63,999 nt of DNA, filler included, from Streblomastix strix (GCA_008636045.1; 3 parts of 3 records of this genome joined end to end with filler, not necessarily neighbours in it), one strand, 5' to 3'; numbered from the whole stretch's first letter, positions 30,224 through 43,690 are shown. Notes: generated by a model from the sequence alone, not told the origin. Numbers and translations are program-made.

Positions 30224-33200
30224 ATGGAATTCGACTAATTTCTTAGATTATATGAATTTATTGTATGAAAAAATTAATATTTTTGACCAATATTTGCATT
30301 TATTTGTTCTTTTTTACTGAAAATTCAAATCATTCCTAATTATTCGATAGCCGATTCGCGTTCTTGGTATTTTTACATTTTTTGTTAATTAATATTCATT
30401 TATTTTGAATTAAATTTTAGGAAGAGGTGGATTTGGTAGGTTCAATAATTACTTTTATTATTTTTTATTTTTCAATATTCATTGATTATTTCTAATATGT
30501 GCGTTTTGCTTTAGTGTTTATCTTGTTTATTTATGATTATGAAGATTAAATAGTAGCTATGAAGATATTTAGGAAAGAGCACTACGATTAAAGAGAATTA
30601 GATGCAGTTAAAGAATTTATGAAGTTTGCTTTTTCAAATTTTTTTTAATATTATTTTTAAAAAAATTAGATAAAAGAAAGAAAATATTTATGTAGTAAAG
30701 TATCTTTCATACTATGATTTAGGAATATTTCCCTTTTTAATTATGGAATATGCAAACATGAAAGTTTACCTTTTTTTTATTATTATTAATTTTTATTGAT
30801 TTTTTTTTAGACCGTTGAAATAATCGCAAAATTGCCTTAAATTACTCTTCCAACTTGCGTACATCGAGCTTTAATGAAATAAATCTGTTTGAAAATTATT
30901 TTATTTTAGCAATTTTTGTTTATTATTTGATGTTTCACAAATATATAGGTAAAGGAATGTAAATTTTTCATACTGCTGATTTAATTCATCGGTTTGAATA
31001 TATATTCTCATTTCAAATTTATACTATATTTTTTAATTTGCATTTAAAATATTTATATATTTATATAGAGATATCAAGTGTGATAATATTCTTCTTCATA
31101 GTCCACCTGGATCTGGACGTGTTTATGCGAAGATATCAGACTTTGGTTTTGCAAAAAAAAGTGGATTTGAAAAATGAACAGACACATATAAAAGGGTTTG
31201 AATCTCTTGTTTTCAATAACTATTACATTTCTTTTGCACTTTTTGTAGGACAATACCATATTTGGTATTCTTTATTAATCAATTATTAAAAAATATTTTA
31301 ATTATATATATTTTATTCAAGCGCCAGAGCTTTACTAAAGAACAATAAAAGTAACACAAAAAGTCGATATTTATGCACTAGGAATCACATTTTATTATCT
31401 TTTAACAAATAAATATCCAGTAAAAGAAAGAAATTTCAAAGAATAATAGAAGTGTGAATTTTTTTAATTAGTGTTTCGACAATGTAACTTCTTATAATTT
31501 TATTTTCAATCTCTATATTTTTTAATTATTTATTTTAAATACAGGAAAATGACTAAATTGAACTGCATTGTCAGAAATGCTGAAATAAAAGATGATATTT
31601 TATGGGATCTTCTTTCATAAATGTTAGAGTTTGATCCAGAAATAAGAATTACAGCTGCTGAAGCTCTTCAACATCCATATTTCACATCGCCTGAAGCACT
31701 TTGTGATATTTCATAGGAATAAAGAGATTTATCATAATTAGCAGCTAAGGCTGAGAAGAAAGGAGATGCAACCGTAACTGAATTTGATAAAGATCCCACT
31801 TTTATTGTTGTGGAATCTATTATACAATAATTTATTCTTGAAGAAATTCGTTAAAATTAATAGAAAGAATAGATATAACACGACAATGATAAAATGAATG
31901 AAGAATTAAAGTATGGGAATGAAGGATTTTAATCTGTTTTCAAAGAAAAAGAATATGATAAATATCCTTTGAATGAAAATATTAATTCGGCAGAAATAGG
32001 TGAACATATATAATATATTACACCTAAATCTAAAAGCTTGAATAATAATTATCAATAAAATTGAAATATATCTTCATCGTCAACTTCATTTCATAGTTCT
32101 TAGACTCATTCATCTATATAAACTCTTTAACCTTCATATGAAGTTTACCCTAATTAATCGAATTTCATATCAAGCAATAAATCAAAATATGTTTCATTAT
32201 CATATATTGCAACAGCAGAATAGCTGTAGGCTGAGAGAGATTTGCTTGAGTAGAATATGACATTAGAAGAAATCAAATAGAAATTTGAGAATTATGAGGA
32301 ATTATCTCTTCTTGATATTGATGTAATATGTGTAAACCTCAAAATGCGTCTAAAAAATAACAAATAAAATTGTACCAAAGCGTTTTAAATGGGAATCATC
32401 GATCATATCTTTCAAATTATGAATGAATTCCAACTTTAAAGAATATATCCGATTTATTATGAAGGATTGAATGAATGCATTAAATCTGATTCAAAATTAG
32501 ATTAAAATCCTCATTTTAGAGGAGGAATACTGAATTGGATGCAGAGATGTCTCAATTGTGAAGATGAAATGCTTTTAAAGTACAACTTGATATATCTCAC
32601 ATAAATGACTAATCTTATAACAATAAATGATTTTTATTTAAATCATATTGCACTTCGATAAGAAATGAAAATAAATTAATCATTGGATAAATTAATAGAA
32701 ATCTTCAAAAATAATAATTATACTGAAAAAACTATAAATGGATATTCTGCATGTGTCCTTGGATATTTATATTATTAATCAAAACTTCCTTCTGAAATTG
32801 TTTTAGATATCATTAAATGCCTTCAACATTCTACATAAACTTAGAAGCTTTAACTGTCCATTGAATCCTATGTGGTGCTTGCAAACCTTGCAATATATAA
32901 AGAAAATCATGAAATAATTATATCAAATGGATTTCTGAAGTTAATTAATAATATGCTTTGCAATTAATAACAATAGAATTATTACTTTCTTGCTCTATTT
33001 CTTCTTAACATTCTTATCAAGTTTGGATCTGATATAATAAAAGAATTTATTATGAATTAAATATTAATTGACAGAATTAAATAACTATCGAAGTGCTAAT
33101 GTGAAGATTATACAATATTAGCAATTAATATCATAAAACTGACAAATAAATTTAATTAATTAAAATAATTTAAAGTTACAAACTAACAATTATTAGAAAA

Positions 33201-34053
33201 AATTGATAATGAAGAAGAAGATTAAAATACTGATAAATCTGAAGATACTTATAAAGAAAAAAAATATGAGAAAGAAAAAGAGAACGATTTAGAGACAAAT
33301 GAATAATTAGAACAAGATATTTCAGTTGAAACAAATAAATTAATTGAGAAATAATATTAAATTAGCAATATTTATGATTAAATGTATTATTTATTAACAA
33401 TTTTAAATCAAATAAAAATTATTAAATAAGAAAAATAAGGATACATTAAAAATTAGGAATAAATATTGTAAGATAAATTAAGATAAAAAGTATTATAAAA
33501 GTTATTCAATCTTACTGATGGAGAAATAAATGAATAATATGATAATGTAAATAAAATAGAATTAGAATAAGAATAAAAGAAAGAGAAAGAATAATAGTTA
33601 GGATAAGAATAAGAAAAAGAAAAAGAATAATAATAAGAGTAAGTATAAGTAAAAGAATAAGAATAAGAATAATAAAAAGAATAAGAGAAATAATAAGAAT
33701 AAAAGAAAGAATAAGAAAAAGAAAAAGAATAATAATAAGAGTAAGTATAAGTAAAAGAATAAGAATAATAAAAAGAATAAGAGAAAGAATAAGAATAATA
33801 GAAAGAATAAGAATAATAGAAAGAACAATAGAAAGAATAATAAGAATAAGAATAATAGAAAGAATAAGATAAAGAATAAGAGAAAGAATTATAGAATGAG
33901 GAATATAAATAATAGTAAAAGAAATGAAAGATGAATGAATGATAAAATGAGAGAGAGAAAAAAAAAATAAAATGATTAATGAAAATATTATCAAATTCAA
34001 AATTAATTCCATGGATAATCAGAGCTGAATTTAATACATTCATTATGTTCTGA
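30224..34053 (+). pseudogene. Ser/Thr kinase (HRD intact) + probable helical/ARM-like region + Q/E/K-rich repeat tail; carries a frameshift and an in-frame TGA
   Basis: MEFDQFLRLYEFI|PIRVLG|RGGFG; IVAMK; LIHR|DIKCDNILL; ISDFGFAK; GTIPYL|APE; DIYALG. An extra TTAT at ~30531 shifts frame with the canonical donor. In-frame TGA at 32062-32064, after which the frame stays open to TGA 34051-34053. Could instead be functional (see findings). Confidence 0.7.
33545..33920 (+). repeat. Coding low-complexity repeat (EQEQKKEQEKEKEQQQEQVQVKE) with internal duplications
   Basis: GAATAA/AAAGAA units; the block GAATAAGAAAAAGAAAAAGAATAATAATAAGAGTAAGTATAAGTAAAAGAATAA appears twice (~33607 and ~33709). Confidence 0.8.
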
Positions 34054-34338
34054 TAATTAAATTGATGATGATGAAGAAATAAATCCTACATTTTTAACTT
34101 TTTTAACACTCGTATTCATTTTTTTTAATCTGTTCCATTTTTTTATTTATTTATTTATTTTTTTTTTTTGAATTTTAGCTATAGTTAATAAATTAAATTT
34201 AAACTTTTTATCATTGTTTTTGAATAATCATTTTATTAGATTTAAATACATTAAGATTGCTATTATCGTTAAATAACGCTTAAATGCATTTTATTCACAA
34301 AATAATCCAATATTACGCTAATTAACACTCGGTTCGAG

Positions 34339-37308
34339 TCACATTTTGCAAATAGGGCATGTGTGCTTCTATAACAGCCAAGGGGTAATGCACTTGGGAT
34401 GGAATTTATGGAGGCATTTTAACAGAAGTACCTCGTCTCCATCTTTGAATTCAGTTAGACAGATGACGCATTGATCTTCTTCAGTACCTTTTGCTTTGTA
34501 ATTGAAATGTGGCAATCTTTTTATTTCCTGATTGTTCATGAAATTTAAAGGTAAATTGAAAATAAATCAATTCAAATAAAAATATAATGTTATATAAATA
34601 CAAACAATATTATATATATTTATAAACTATCTTCATACATTTTCTTTCATTCCAACATTAACTTTTCCAATGATATTCCCTAATTCAATAAGTTAATTAT
34701 AATCCATTCTTCCAATTGTATCATTTGCAGCATGCCTATAATCTCTTCCATATCCTCTGCCTTATTATATTTATACACCTTATCCTCTTCCTCTATTTTA
34801 TTATTATACTCCTCTTCCTCCTCCTCTTTATCTTTCTTATCTCTCTCTTTCTTGTTATTATTCTCTTTCACGATCTCTTATTCTTTGTTATTCTTGTTCT
34901 CTTTTCTATTTTTCTTATATTTCTCTTCTTTATTATTAAATTAAATTTCTTTCATTCTTCTTGTCATTTTCTTATAATTATCTTGCAATTAATAAATCCA
35001 TTTCTTCTTGTTCTTTTATTATTTGGTTTTATTCTAATATTATTCTTTCTTCTTCATTTCTTCGTTGTTTGTTTTCTTCTTCTTATAATTATAATGCAAA
35101 TTATTAATCTTTTTCTTCTTATTCTCTTTTCAATCGTTCTTATTCTTTTCTATTTGGATCTTAATCTTTAATTATACTCACATTTCTTGATTTTTAATGC
35201 ATTTCAATATGCTCTTGATATTGATTGAATGAAATCAAATTATTACAAATTTCACAAGGAATTTTAAAATCATCTTAATTATTGTTAAAGTTTTCTTTTT
35301 CTTTTTCTTTCTACTTTTCTTATTAATTAATATTATTCTGTTTTACTGGTTATTATTTAATTGGAGGTTGACTGAATATAACTGTTTATCCAGGAATTGC
35401 AACTTGTGAAATGTTTGAAATTGATGGATTTGGATTTTAAGGAAGAAGAATTGGAGGAGGAATTGTGAGAGCTGAAGAAGGAACGTTAGACGAGTTTTAT
35501 GGTTGATTTATTTCTTATTGTTACATAGTTTATTTAATTTGCTAAAAAATTAGCTAAAGATCAATTTCAGGATCATAATTGAGTGCAGTCTTAATTTCAG
35601 TTCCATTTAAACTGTATGATGGATCAATATCATAAATTGTGATATTTGTATCTCCATTCGATTTAGCTAATTATGCAGATGTTGCAATTTGATGAGATTC
35701 TTAACTTATCTCGTTCAGAGCTTATGTACTTGTGAAATATGGATGTTGAAGTGCTTATTCTGCTGAAAATCGTTTAGTCCGATCAAATGAAAGAAGATTC
35801 ACAAGAAGGTCCCAAAATAAGTCATCTTTGATAATTATTGGCCGATTTAGTGTACCAAGTTAAATTTATCTGAAAAATAAATATTTATAATAATTTCTAG
35901 ATATCAAATAATGCTTAATATTCATACTTCTAAAGTTCAGGTATGCTTTTAGCTTTGATTGGATATTCATGTGCAACAAGTTAGAATAATACAACTCCTG
36001 CAGACCAAATATCAACCTACAAAAATAATATAGAAATAATATAGAAATAATATAGAAATAATATAGAAATAATTATATATATATTTATTATTTTATTAGA
36101 ATACTTTTGAATCAGCATTTCCATCTCCAATCAAAAGTTCGGGTGCCATATTCAATGGAGTTCTATATTAATTTCAAATATAAATAAGAAATATTAATTT
36201 CAAATTTAAACAAAAAATAATAAATTGAGAATAAAAAAGAAAAAAATATATTATTTCATACCCTTTTAATGACATTTCCATAGTTTGATCAATTATATTT
36301 TGGAATTTCACAAGTCCAAAATCAGTTATCTTTATATACTTTACAAAAAATAGAAAATATAAATCAAAAAGGCTAAAAATAATGATTATTTAATTTTCAA
36401 ACAACTCGTCCAGATTTTCGTTGATGAAGAAGAATATTTTCACCTTTGATATTTCTGAATATGTATAACAATAATAAAATATTAAAATAATTTAATAATT
36501 AATTAACATTCTCATATAACAAACCGATGGATAAGTCCTCGAGAATGAATTAAACGAATTCCTTCAACTGAAAGAAAAAATAAATAGATAAATAAATAAA
36601 TAAATAAATAAAATTATATATGGATTAATACTGAGTTATTTTGCAATTGCTCGAATTGTTCCTCTTGATAGAACAGAATTAAGCTCTATGATCTGATTAA
36701 GACTCTGAAAATATAATAGAATTCGTTCATGATAAATAAAAATTAAATTGAAGAAAAGAAAAGAAAAGAAAGCAAACTTTCATATTAGCAAACTCAAGCA
36801 GTATATAAACCTTCTCTTCGTGCTGCTTTTAAGCAAAATACTTCAAAACAAACGGGATCGGTTCTCCTCTATTCAATATATAAATAAAATAATATTAATC
36901 AAAGAAAAAATATAGATAAAAGCAAGTTAATACTTCTAAAATGCCTCAGCTGCATCCCACTCGCTTTCACTGAATAGAGATTTATTCATAACTTTAGCAG
37001 CTATAAGGCCTGTTTCTGTGTTATGCACGAGATGTACTCTGAATATATATATAAATAAAGAGCGGATTAATCAAAAAAACGAGGATCAAAGATTCTAAGA
37101 GTTAAACCTAGCAAATGATCCTTGACCTATCAAAATCATATATGTAACAAATATGCAATAAATAAAATTATAAAATTATTTCGGAAAACAAACCTAGCGT
37201 TCTGAAAATCTGTGTTTAATAAAAAATAGAATATCTTCATCAATGTAAGAGTAAATAGTATATACACACCCGAAACCCCCAACTTTCTAGCATTTGTATT
37301 TCTTCCAT
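34339..37308 (-). CDS. Ser/Thr kinase-like domain (HRN, probable pseudokinase) + Pro-rich linker + CxxC..H..H zinc finger + coiled coil + RING-H2 (copy 2)
   Basis: Same exon structure and kinase sequence as copy 1. IPCEICNNLISFNQYQEHIEMH; CVICLTEFKDGDEVLLLKCLHKFHPKCITPWLLQKHTCPICKM* (TGA 34339-34341). Confidence 0.88.
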
Positions 37309-37689
37309 AGCTTATTATCTTCAAATATAAACTGATTCAAGAGAAATAAACTTTGCTTTGCTTTTTTTAATCCATAATATTTAATATTATACATTCAAAA
37401 TTGCTTAAATCAAAATAAATCAAGTAATTAAATTTAATAAGAAAATTATTAAGTTAATTAATTCTGGCTATTATTATTAATTAATGGGATTTTAAAACTA
37501 AATATTTCATTATAGAGGCTGCATTGCAATTACAATTAGTTCATTAATATTGCTAATAATTTAATTTCCATAAAATATGTTTTTGAATCGTGTTTCTTGC
37601 TCAGTAAAACATTATATTTTATTCATTGTGATAAAATTTTTGAAAATCGCATTTTAAATAGAAATTAGTACAAATGACTATTTTTATGA

Positions 37690-38400
37690 TAAGTACATAT
37701 TTATGAAATATGACATGTCATCCACAAGATTTTGATAGTGCGGACTTAATAGCATACCTGCAGCGCTTAGAATGGATCAGTTTTATAAAGAGAATTTTAT
37801 GATGAAAAAAATAAAACTTGAATAAAAATGCATATAGCTATATAAAATAAATATGTATTCAATTATAAATCGTACCTCCAATAATCAAACTGATTTTTGA
37901 ATCGTGCGTGGCAAAAAAAATTTTCCGTCAAATTGTTGCGAATTTTCGAGCAAAACTTCTGAGTCTTCCACTGTATCATAGTTGAGTAACTTTAATTAAA
38001 ATACGTTTAATAATTCAATATATTTTCAATTTATTTAATAATACTAAAATTAATGTATACATTACATCAGGAAAACGCATGCGAATAAATTTGCGCTTAT
38101 TTCCATATACTGCAATATTTCTTTTAAACCAAAGGAAATCCATTGTTCGTATCGAGGTATACATATATTATTTACTAATCGAGTACATTATTTCTAACAA
38201 ATCACTTTCATAGGCCGATTTTCTCAAAATCTAGATCCTAATTCATCATGCAAATATAAATTTGTTGATCAGTTACTTAATATAAATGTTTGATACTATT
38301 GCTTATTGCTGCATATTAAGATCAATCTGATCAAATTTCCCGTTTTAGAAATCTGCGTTGCGAGAGCTGATAAAACCCAACTAGAGAAAATTGCACTCTC
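37690..38400 (-). pseudogene. Decayed ORF of the virus-like element, possibly a primase N-terminal region
   Basis: Coding-like minus-strand sequence ending …KSALSKSCG*HVIF, reminiscent of the primase-polymerase S/T.SGG.H.Y motif; weak. Confidence 0.3.
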
Positions 38401-38584
38401 TCACGAAAATCTTCGAGTTTAATACGACTATAAAAAATTTATTTTTAACATATTTATACAATAAAAGGTGCTATTCAGTAATTTTACATTTTCTCAATTT
38501 CATAATTTTTATATTTTTGCGATTTTCAAAAATTTTATCACATTTATATTTTATTTATTTTATTTTTCTTCTATTTGTTCGACA

Positions 38585-38850
38585 GTAGTTATGTGAATAT
38601 GACGAGTGCCCCACATCAAAGAAATTAAATAAATAAAGCAAATAAATTATGAAATATAAATAAATATAGTTGCTTAATGTATGGGAGTATCTATACTTCG
38701 TTAATGTGAAAGAAAATATGTACTTGGTTTTAATTTATGAATGACGTGATTGATAATGATTACTGAATTGGATTAGTGAAGTACGTCAATGATGTTCGTT
38801 ATTGTGCTGCATTCTTTGTACGTATGGCACTCGTCATATTCACATAAGTA
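38585..38850. repeat. Inverted repeat with 22-bp perfect core (TTATGTGAATATGACGAGTGCC at 38589-38610; reverse complement at 38826-38847)
   Basis: Direct reverse-complement match extending imperfectly to ~40 bp; ~190-bp spacer. Confidence 0.9.
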
Positions 38851-39109
38851 CATAGGTAGATGGATGGGTTAGATGATGGATTTCGTTGATGGAAGTCAAA
38901 AATTGTTGGTGAAATCATTAGTGAAATCATGAAAAATTGATCATATTTAAAGTGAATTATTGTGAGAAATTGATGATTTTTGTTACTATCTTTTTACTGC
39001 ACCGAGTGCATCGAGTGCATCGAGTCAAACGAGTTCTATTGAAAATACCAGTCTATACAACAAATAGTCGAAACGTAAAAAAAAATATTTATTATTAAAG
39101 CGTTTATCG

Positions 39110-39429
39110 AATAATTTATGTCTTCATTAATATCTTCGTCTTTATCATATTTTTATTGAATTCATTAATTGTAATCAAATCATTAATATTAACGAATATG
39201 TTTTTAAGTTTTTAATTATTAAAAATAACATATCATTAACTTTTGAAAACATAATTTGATTAATTTTTTTGTATCTAATTCTTGCATTTTTGTGTTGCTC
39301 TCTAGCAGCAATCGTTGCCTATTCTTTATCGGTATATTTTTTTGGACGTCCTTATTTCACTAAATTTAATGATTCAATTTGTGCTGACACGGTTTATGTT
39401 GTTTCATTGATTAATTGATTATCTGCCAT
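39110..39429 (-). CDS. Small basic protein with AT-hook-like GRPKKY motif (element-encoded; possibly frameshifted)
   Basis: MADNQLINETTQTVSAQIESLNLVKQGRPKKYTDKEQATIAAREQHKNARIRYKK; 3' end approximate. Confidence 0.55.
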
Positions 39430-39519
39430 TTCAATTAAAATAAAAAATTAAAAACAAACAATAATTATAACTTTTGTTTCAACTAAATAGAAACTCTATT
39501 GTATAATATTCTGGGAGTG

Positions 39520-40440
39520 AATCCTTATATTCACTTACATATTTACAATAATCTGAAGGTATTTTAATTATATTTATTTTGTAAGAATGATTCAATAATC
39601 TGCATAAAACATTACCATTTATGTGTCTAATGAATTCCGCTAAATATTTGAAATTTTTTCACTAATTCATAAATTTTTATTATGTTTTTTAGAAATCAAG
39701 ATGTATTTGAATTATTTTTCCAGCCTTAAATGATTGTATACCCTGTTTTTGTTATCTTACTAATTATCGCTCTAATTTTTTCATTTATGAACGTATATAT
39801 TATCCTTCTAAATCTCCTGATAATTGAATTTAATATGGGCTATATTTATTTTGAAACAATAGATGTGGAGTATTACTATATATACTAACGACTATTTACA
39901 TTTATTTTTTCGTTGAAAATTAATTAAATTTATAGCCAAAAGCATTTCTTATTGTACGAATAACTGAATCGACTACTCTATTATGAATAATGAATTTTGA
40001 ATCAGTGAAATATCCATTAATTTTATTCTATAAACAAAATAAAGCAAAATAAGAATCATTAATTCCTTTCTCTCAATCAACATGAATATTATTTACGAAA
40101 TAATTTTTTATTAATTTTTACAATTATCCGACTACTTATTCGGCTGATTTATCTATCAAAGGATATATTACTAAATATTTCGCATTAATGTTTATGAAAA
40201 ATAGGCACATATCTGTTTTTCTTCTTTGCTATCCTGTATATTATCTTATTTCATTTTCTTCAAAAATTGCATCATCATATTCATTATTGTTTTCTTACAA
40301 AATTTAATCGATAGAAAAGACTATATCTATTTCCCATCTGCCAAACTTTGGAGAGAAAGACGGTCGTTGTAGTCTTGGTAATGGGTTTAATTTATAATCT
40401 CTAACAGGTAAGTATTGATTGTTTGCATATTTTTATTTAT
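39520..40440 (-). pseudogene. Retroviral-type (rve) integrase, decayed
   Basis: QRPSFSPKFGRWEIDIVF…CLFFININAKYLVIYPLIDKS…HNRVVDSVIRTIRNAFG…IVSIYSNTPH. This is the DDE integrase core layout, with stops and frameshifts. Confidence 0.75.
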
Positions 40441-41049
40441 TGATTTTTTAAAATAATTTTAATTTTGTTTTGAATGGAAAAAAGGCATATTTTCCTCATC
40501 ATCACAAGCAGATGATTAACCTGCTAATTAAATATCTTTATCCAATTGTTTAATTTTTTATTCTTTTCTTTTATTGGTTCATATTACGATTGAACTGAAC
40601 TATAATAATAATACCAATCTGCCACTGTTCGTTTTCCAATAATTATTTCATTTTCATTTTCTATCATAATATCAATATGTTTCTTCTTTATAATTTTAAA
40701 AATATTCTTTATAAACTTTCGAAGATTCATTTTGAATTAAACTTTAAAAGCTTTATCATCGATATCTTATTATACTTCAAATTCATATTATATCTCTTTG
40801 ATATTTATCATCAGCAAATGTCCTAATTGTATCCTTATACGAACTATTTTCGTTTTTCGTTTTTTTCTTATAAAAATAAAACAGTTTATGTTCAAATCAT
40901 TAATGAAATCAATTAATGTTTTGACTATCTGTCCTATTAACAGGAAATTTTAATAGAACTCGTTTAATTCAATGCATACTATGAATCTTGCTCAGTCAAA
41001 AGTCATTCAGTAACAATTCATATTTATCGTGTCAATTTCTCAGATATCG

Positions 41050-43590
41050 TTGATGTTCTCGTTGCAGTTTTTCTTGATTAAATAATTATTTGAACTCAAT
41101 CGGTATCTGTTAGTATACAGGAATATAGCACAGCATTAATTTTCATGAACAACCATTTTATTAAGAATTGATGTTAATCTAACTTTATTTATTAATATTT
41201 TAGATATTTATTTATTTTTTTAACCAAGGATAACATTTTGAGCATAAATTTATTCTCCCAATAATGATTATTTGAATGCTTTAATGTTCAATTGAACATT
41301 ATATTTTTAAATTATTCTTTTCATACAATAGTTATAATCCTTTTCATTTTCATTAGATTTTTGAATATAAATATAATGAATTTTAGGAGCTAGTACAATG
41401 CATGCGGTTCCTTCAGCCTCATAGCTGACTCCCAATAATTGTTTATGTTAATCGAAAAAAATTGGATGATTTTCATCGAAAAATTTCTGGTCCTTTACGA
41501 CATATTTAAACTGCTGTCTATAATCCTCTTCTGGGATCCTGCTGATGGCTCATGTCATCGAATCAGTATCTCCACAAATGTAATGCATCTTGTTCATATT
41601 AAATGCTTTAGCTAAAAAATTAAAGATAAAATTATCATACCAATATTTACTATTATCAAGCACGAAATAATCTGAATGTAACCAACTATTACAGTTGCAG
41701 CTTTCAACATTAAATTACACAGCAAATAAATCCTCTGTTAATTATTAGTCATTGACGAATGAACCATAGAAATGATATAACTATGTTCTATCAGAGCTCA
41801 ACAATTTCATTTGTGAATATTTTTCTTAATTCATTCCATCATTTCAATAGCATGAATTCATAGCTAATTTATAGAAGTATAATTTTTCACCATTTTTTTC
41901 ATTTATTACCTATATACATTGATTCATAAATTTCTTAACAAATGGATCGAAATTATCGTGCTTCGAGAATGTTATAACACATTAAATATCATCAATAATG
42001 AAATGAAAATCATTAAAGAGAAGCCATAAATAAAAATTATTGAACGATATGAACTACCCATGCGTCGATGATAAATTTGTTAGTTATCGTTCAATTTTCT
42101 CATGCTACATACTATTTTTCAGTAATAAGTTAAACATGTATGAACCTAATGTTTTTTCGTCGGTAATTATGTCAATGATTCTTAAAATAGGACGAAATTT
42201 AATGAAATCGTTAATATGATATTCGTCGATGTGTCCTTTAACAACTGCGATAAATAACGGCACTCCTTCTACGTCATTAAATTGTAGGGGGTTGTAAATT
42301 AAATTTCTTGCTGTTTATTTATCTGTTATTTTATCTAATATTTGTCCCGCTATGAATATTCGATTACCTGTATATTTGATGAATTTGTGCAGCTCTGAGC
42401 TCATAATAGAAGGATATTAACAATTGAAATCTAGAGTTAAAAGATGATTCATTGTATTTTGGGCGTTCCAACTAATGACTTTTCCATCAATATATTTTAA
42501 TTAATTTATTTTTTGTTTCACCTGCTAGGTTATATCTATACATGACTTATGATAGACCGCCAGTGATACCAGATCGTAAAATTTTATAAATTTCTTCATC
42601 AGGTATTGTCATTGGAAGCGACTTCAAGAGATAAATATTTTTCAGTCATATAATTAAACAAGCTAAATTTTCATCTTAATTTGATTTAAATCTATTGAAG
42701 AATACGCAGCAAGGTTTCACATTAAATGCAGAATGGCCCCTGTCGTTGTTAATTCAGTCCAATGTTGAAGGAATTTTGCTTGTGAATCGTGCCTTACAAA
42801 TGTTGCATCATGTCGACAGAAATATTTTTTTATAGAACGCACAATCGGATTCTTTGATGTTGTTGCTTGTGTCACTATTTTTTTTTATCCTATTCCAGAT
42901 AATTTAAACTTTATTGTTCTAATAATTTTATGTTCGTATGAACGACGCATAATAATCTTTTGGCGTATAATCTTAATCCAGTTTGAAGTACCAATAAGCA
43001 AGGGCATATATAATAGCGTTGGAACATGCTAACATCGATATAAACTACAATATGTCAATTATATTATAGAAGAACATATCAATTAAATAATACAGTGGCT
43101 GAATCATTAAGTGAATATCTTCAAGGTTGTAATGTCGAAGGTAATCCAATTTGGTGATACCATTGATGTTCTACAACGAATTATGCGTGGCTAAATAATT
43201 TTAATACTTCTCTTCACTTATATTTTTATTTTTAATTGTGCTATTAAACGCTTCAATCGGAAATAGGAAAGAATTATTCATAAATTCTTTATAATTGACG
43301 TTGTTGATAAATTCTATGGAAATTTTAACTATGTTGGAATTTATTACGTTGTATTAGGTAAGAAATTTTTTTTGAATTAATTTAATTTCATTTTTGTACG
43401 ATAAATCATCGCATCGATGAACCGCAATTTGATTCCAGAAATATTATGGATAACAATGATTTATTTAGCGTTTGAACCACTACCAAGATATTTAATTATT
43501 GACCATTCATTGTTTTATATATATTTTTAAGAATTAGAGCAGCATCAAACTTTGACGAATAGAAACCAATTACTGGTACCTCATAATGCT
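41050..43590 (-). pseudogene. Protein-primed family B DNA polymerase with HNH-like insertion; decayed, 5'-partial
   Basis: Exo II VIGFYSSKFD (~43550-43580), LRFIDAM, RSGITGGLS, motif A LDFNCQYPS (~42410-42440), motif B KLAMNSCY*NDGMN (~41835-41870), motif C YICGDTDSM (~41555-41585) and LAPKIHY. Multiple stops. Confidence 0.85.
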
Positions 43591-43690
43591 NNNNNNNNNN
43601 NNNNNNNNNNNNNNNNNNNNNNNNNNNNNNNNNNTTAATTAATTAANNNNNNNNNNNNNNNNNNNNNNNNNNNNNNNNNNNNNNNNNNNN
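43591..43690. other. Artificial contig linker N44-TTAATTAATTAA-N44
   Basis: Identical to the 21765-21864 linker. Confidence 0.95.

Larger units (their letters stand above)
37650..43590 (-). mobile_element. Decayed Polinton/Maverick-like (virus-like) element, truncated at contig end
   Basis: Intronless co-oriented minus-strand cluster of protein-primed PolB, an unknown ORF, rve integrase, an AT-hook ORF and a further ORF relic. Left boundary approximate; no capsid or TIR seen in the window. Confidence 0.8.

Noticed and set aside
33453..34043. Long hydrophobic or Tyr/Ser-rich minus-strand ORFs in the ORF track (also 24783-25513, 26073-26315, 34716-35171, 6428-6671)
   Set aside because: Antisense shadows of Q/E/K-rich coding repeats on the opposite strand; artefacts of using the standard code.
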